From: Candidatus Rifleibacteriota bacterium
GTDB lineage: Bacteria > Muiribacteriota > Ozemobacteria > Ozemobacterales > Ozemobacteraceae
Assembly (NCBI GenBank): GCA_012517355.1
Contig: JAAYVD010000014.1
Location: forward strand, 17,264 to 81,263
Direction of reading: 5' to 3'
Length of the DNA: 64,000 bases
Shown here: one piece after another, positions 61,455 to 64,000 of the stretch
Position numbering within the stretch: position 1 is the stretch's first letter
Layout of the letters: every line of letters begins with the position of its first letter
Program-made: the position numbers and the translations under genes
The notes under the pieces: model-generated
Told to the model about the DNA's origin: nothing
What the model saw: the letters and a program-made list of their open reading frames with translations, nothing else
Database searches by the model: none

Positions 61455-61549
61455 GATGGCGCTCGAACGGGATGGTGCGGGAACGGGATTGCGCCCGATC
61501 CGGATGGCGCCGGAACCGATGGCGCCGGAGCCGGATTGCGCGTGTCACC
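61455..61549. repeat. Six tandem copies of a 15-16-nt unit GATGGCGCCGGAACCG in a divergent promoter region
   Basis: GATGGCGCTCGAACGG / GATGGTGCGGGAACGG / GATTGCGCCCGATCCG / GATGGCGCCGGAACC / GATGGCGCCGGAGCCG / GATTGCGCGTGTCACC, read directly. Confidence 0.85.
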
Positions 61550-61599
61550 CGGCCTGGGGTATGCTGCTGCCCGGAGCCGTCATTCTACGGAGGGACCGC

Positions 61600-62256
61600 A
61601 TGAAATCAGCCATCCGGGAGTTCGCCCCCAACGCCTGCATCTTCCAGGAGGGGGCGGTCGGCAACGCCGCCTACATCCTCACCGAAGGGTCGGTCGAGAT
61701 TTCCGTGCAGTGCGGTGAGAAGAAAAGCGTCCTGGCCGTCCTGCAGCCCATCTCAGTGTTCGGGGAAATGGCCCTCCTGCTCAAGGACCAGAAGCGCACC
61801 GCGACCGCCCAGGCCCGCACGCCTTCCAAGGTTGCCGAGATCTCCCGCCGCGATTTCGACGAGTTCCTGACCAAGTCCCCTCCCCTGATCACCGCGGTCC
61901 TGAACGCCCTCGTCCAGCGCCTCCAGAAGACCACGGCCCAGGTCGCCGAACACCCCGACCTGTTTCTGGGCATCGCCGCCATGCTGCACCTGGTGCAGTC
62001 GCACCATCCCCGCCGCATGGACCTGGAGCTGGTCATCCAGACCCTCTCGGATGCCTTCCTCGAAACGGTCCCCGAGGTGAAGAAAACCCTCGACTTCATG
62101 GAGACCCTGGGCCTGGTCGAGCAGAGGGTCGATGGCACCAAAACCTTCCTCGAGGTGGTCCGGCCGGTGGACTTCCTCGAGCGCGCCCGCAAGATCCACG
62201 GCACCTTCGCCCGCCTCCAGTCCACCACCAAGACCGAATTCCTCCCCAGCGGCTGA
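61600..62256 (+). CDS. Cyclic-nucleotide-binding domain protein (Crp/Fnr-like N-terminus, uncharacterised C-terminus)
   Basis: ATG 61600 after GGAGGGA. cNMP signature FGEMALL...RTATAQA. No clear HTH recognised. Confidence 0.7.
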   Translation: MKSAIREFAPNACIFQEGAVGNAAYILTEGSVEISVQCGEKKSVLAVLQPISVFGEMALLLKDQKRTATAQARTPSKVAEISRRDFDEFLTKSPPLITAVLNALVQRLQKTTAQVAEHPDLFLGIAAMLHLVQSHHPRRMDLELVIQTLSDAFLETVPEVKKTLDFMETLGLVEQRVDGTKTFLEVVRPVDFLERARKIHGTFARLQSTTKTEFLPSG

Positions 62257-62324
62257 CCCCCCGGCAGCAGGAACCGGGCAGCGAAGGAACGTCCCCGGCG
62301 CCCCTTTCGCCGTGGGCCGAAGTC

Positions 62325-62333
62325 TGGTATAGT
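62325..62333 (+). promoter_or_regulatory. Extended -10 element TGgTATAGT, 6 nt upstream of ATG 62340 (leaderless start?)
   Basis: The 11-mer TCTGGTATAGT is identical to the one at 43351-43361. No convincing -35. Confidence 0.35.
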
Positions 62334-62339
62334 GCCCTC

Positions 62340-62675
62340 ATGGTTCCGCTGCGAGATCTGAACCGCACCTGCGCCGCCCGCCCGGCCGCCCGCCGGTTCC
62401 CGGCCCAGGTCCTGTGCCGCGTGCTGGGCAACGCCCACCGGCCCTGCCGGCTCGACCCGGTCTGCCATCCGAGCGAGAGGCACGGCCTGTGGGTCCTGTA
62501 CGGCAGCCTGGGGGCCGCCGCCGCCGCCGGCCTTTGCCTCGTCTTCTGGGTCATGCGCATCACCCGGGCCTCCCGCCTGCTCGATCTCGGCCTGCGGGTG
62601 GTCCTGCCGCCGGTGCAATGGGGCCTGGGCTCGATCGTCACCGCCAAGCGCTGGTACGACTCGCTGTTCTTCTGA
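62340..62675 (+). CDS. Possible small membrane protein
   Basis: 111 aa, one TM (GLWVLYGSLGAAAAAGLCLVFWVM). The ATG sits at the expected transcription start of the TATAGT element. The composition is Arg/Ala-rich, so coding status is uncertain. Confidence 0.35.
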   Translation: MVPLRDLNRTCAARPAARRFPAQVLCRVLGNAHRPCRLDPVCHPSERHGLWVLYGSLGAAAAAGLCLVFWVMRITRASRLLDLGLRVVLPPVQWGLGSIVTAKRWYDSLFF

Positions 62676-62684
62676 TCCGGGCCC

Positions 62685-64000
62685 GTGGACACCTGTCTGT
62701 TCTTCAACGGTTCCGGGCGCGATGCCCCGGGGTTTGACCGGCCGGTCTTCGACTCCTTCGTGGCGTCGGGGGGCCTGGTCTCCCAGACCGGGTTCGGCCT
62801 GGAGACGCATGCCGCCTGGAAGGACCTGCCCCGCATCGACCTGCAGGGACAGATCGTCCTGCCCGCCTTCGCCGATGCCCACGTCCACTTCCTGCAGACC
62901 GGCCTGACCCTGCTGGGCGGGCGGCTCGACGAGGCCGCCTCCCTCGACGAGGTGTTCGAACGGTTGCGGGAGGCGGCCGCGAGGAGCCCAGGCGAATGGG
63001 TTCTCGGCTGGAACCTCGACGAGACCATGCTGCGGGAAAAACGCCTGCCCACCGTGACCGAGATCGACCACGCGGTTCCCGGCCGGAAAGTCTGGGTCTC
63101 GCGCGTCGACCTGCATTCGGCCATTCCGAGCACCCCGGCGGTGGCCTGGGCGAAGACGGTCCGCCCCGGGGCGACCCTGCACCACGACTATTTCTACCGT
63201 GACGATTACACCATCCTGTGCAGCCGCCTGATGGGCGGCCTGCCCCGGGAAATGAAGGAACGGGCCCTCGACCTGGCCCGTCGCCACTGTCTGGAGCGGG
63301 GGGTCACCACCGTCCACGCCCTGGAGGGCGGCTGGGCCGCCGGCCCCGACGACGTCCAGATGGTGGCCGATTTCCTGGTGCGGGAAGGGTTCCACGGCCT
63401 GGTCTTCCACCAGTCCGAGGATCCCGGCCTGGCCCGCCGCAACGGCTGGCCACGCCTGGGCGGGTGCCTGATGGTCGACGGGTCGTTCGGCTCCCGCACC
63501 GCCGCCCTCTCCAGCCCGTATGCCGACGACCCCTCCACCACCGGGACGGTCTACCGCGACGCGGCCAACCTCGACCGGCTCGTGGGGTTGTGCGCGGAAC
63601 AGGGTCTGCAGCTGGCGATGCACGCCATCGGCGACGTGGCCGTCGAACAGCTGGCCGAAGCCTACCGGGCCGGCCGCCGCCGGTACGGGCCGCAACCCCT
63701 GCCCAACCGCCTCGAACACGCCGAACTGCCCACCCCGGCGGCCATCGACCACGCCGTGGAAGCCGGGGCGCTGGTTTCGGTCCAGCCGGCGTTCGAGGTC
63801 CTGTGGGGCGGGCCCTCCGCCATGTATGCGCGCCGGCTCGGCCCCGAACGGGCCTCCCGCACCAACCCCTTCCGGACTCTGCGGCAACGGGGGCTGGCGC
63901 TGGCCGGCGGTTCCGACAGCCCGGTCACCCCCGTCGACCCCTTCCTCGGCATCCACGGGTTCGTCAACCACCCCACGCCATCCCAGCGGATCGACCTGGC
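62685..64000 (+). CDS. Amidohydrolase family protein (YtcJ/Amidohydro_3-like), 3' end outside the window
   Basis: My own translation from the GTG at 62685: VDTCLFFNGSG...LPAFADAHVHFLQTG (HxH metal motif)...HAIGD...GGSDSPV. The frame is open to the window end, hence absent from the ORF track. Confidence 0.75.
   Translation, partial: MDTCLFFNGSGRDAPGFDRPVFDSFVASGGLVSQTGFGLETHAAWKDLPRIDLQGQIVLPAFADAHVHFLQTGLTLLGGRLDEAASLDEVFERLREAAARSPGEWVLGWNLDETMLREKRLPTVTEIDHAVPGRKVWVSRVDLHSAIPSTPAVAWAKTVRPGATLHHDYFYRDDYTILCSRLMGGLPREMKERALDLARRHCLERGVTTVHALEGGWAAGPDDVQMVADFLVREGFHGLVFHQSEDPGLARRNGWPRLGGCLMVDGSFGSRTAALSSPYADDPSTTGTVYRDAANLDRLVGLCAEQGLQLAMHAIGDVAVEQLAEAYRAGRRRYGPQPLPNRLEHAELPTPAAIDHAVEAGALVSVQPAFEVLWGGPSAMYARRLGPERASRTNPFRTLRQRGLALAGGSDSPVTPVDPFLGIHGFVNHPTPSQRIDL

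Noticed and set aside
62673-62675. In-frame TGA between ORF 62340..62675 and the amidohydrolase (possible selenocysteine, readthrough or a single fused gene)
   Set aside because: The amidohydrolase N-terminus (VDTCLFFNGSG) already corresponds to the usual family start. A GTG lies 9 nt after the TGA, and no SECIS-like hairpin is obvious. Sharing a frame is a one-in-three coincidence.
61671-63971. 766-aa minus-strand ORF
   Set aside because: It is antisense to the cNMP-binding gene and to the amidohydrolase (HxH, HAIGD motifs on the plus strand). Its composition is the typical shadow frame.
1-64000. tRNA, rRNA, tmRNA, RNase P and SRP RNA genes
   Set aside because: I scanned by eye for T-loop GGTTCGAATCC-type motifs, RNase P GAGGAAAGTCC and similar. 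The only hits are inside CDSs or the intron (GGGGUGAAAGUCCCC in intron domain I), so none is called.

Overview
High-GC bacterial chromosomal segment. I found no rRNA, tRNA or CRISPR array. I called about 60 protein-coding genes by reading family motifs in the ORF track and checking start and stop codons in the DNA. No database search was possible, so every family name is motif recall. Most very long ORFs lying opposite real genes are GC-bias shadow frames and were rejected.

Layout:
1. 398-7176 (minus strand): a type IV filament (T2SS/T4P-like) operon with GspF, GspE, PilM, PilN, PilO, a hypothetical protein and two pseudopilins.
2. 7.2-31.9 kb: mostly housekeeping genes. These are a metallophosphoesterase, lepB, trmH-like, uvrC, MFS, pcm, MGDG-synthase-like GT, suhB-like, pfk, GT1, nrdDG, leuCD/hacAB-like, an S8 protease and a ClC channel. 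An orphan secretin N-domain gene also sits here.
3. 32.3-34.2 kb: a group II intron inserted immediately after a rho-independent terminator.
4. 34.3-43.1 kb (minus strand): a competence-like operon. It contains ComEC with a degenerate MBL domain, ComEA, a stand-alone MBL nuclease, a DHH/DHHA1 phosphoesterase, a small Tudor/SH3-like protein and a Clp1-type polynucleotide kinase.
5. 43.4-46.4 kb: a cNMP-binding/ParA-TadZ-like/TPR gene interrupted by one in-frame TAG.
6. 47.9-58.8 kb (minus strand): a second, very divergent type IV filament operon (GspE-like, two GspF-like, three pseudopilins). It continues without a break into an ATP-grasp / WYL-like / GT2 / rSAM-SPASM / B12-rSAM / GT2 cassette.
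7. 59-64 kb: a CoA-transferase, a nitrilase-family hydrolase, a cNMP-binding protein and an amidohydrolase.

The window also holds several non-coding repeat families and tandem repeat arrays in promoter regions.

The best candidates for an undescribed system are the filament-plus-modification super-operon (47.9-58.8 kb) and the ComEC/MBL/DHH/Clp1 operon (34.3-43.1 kb).
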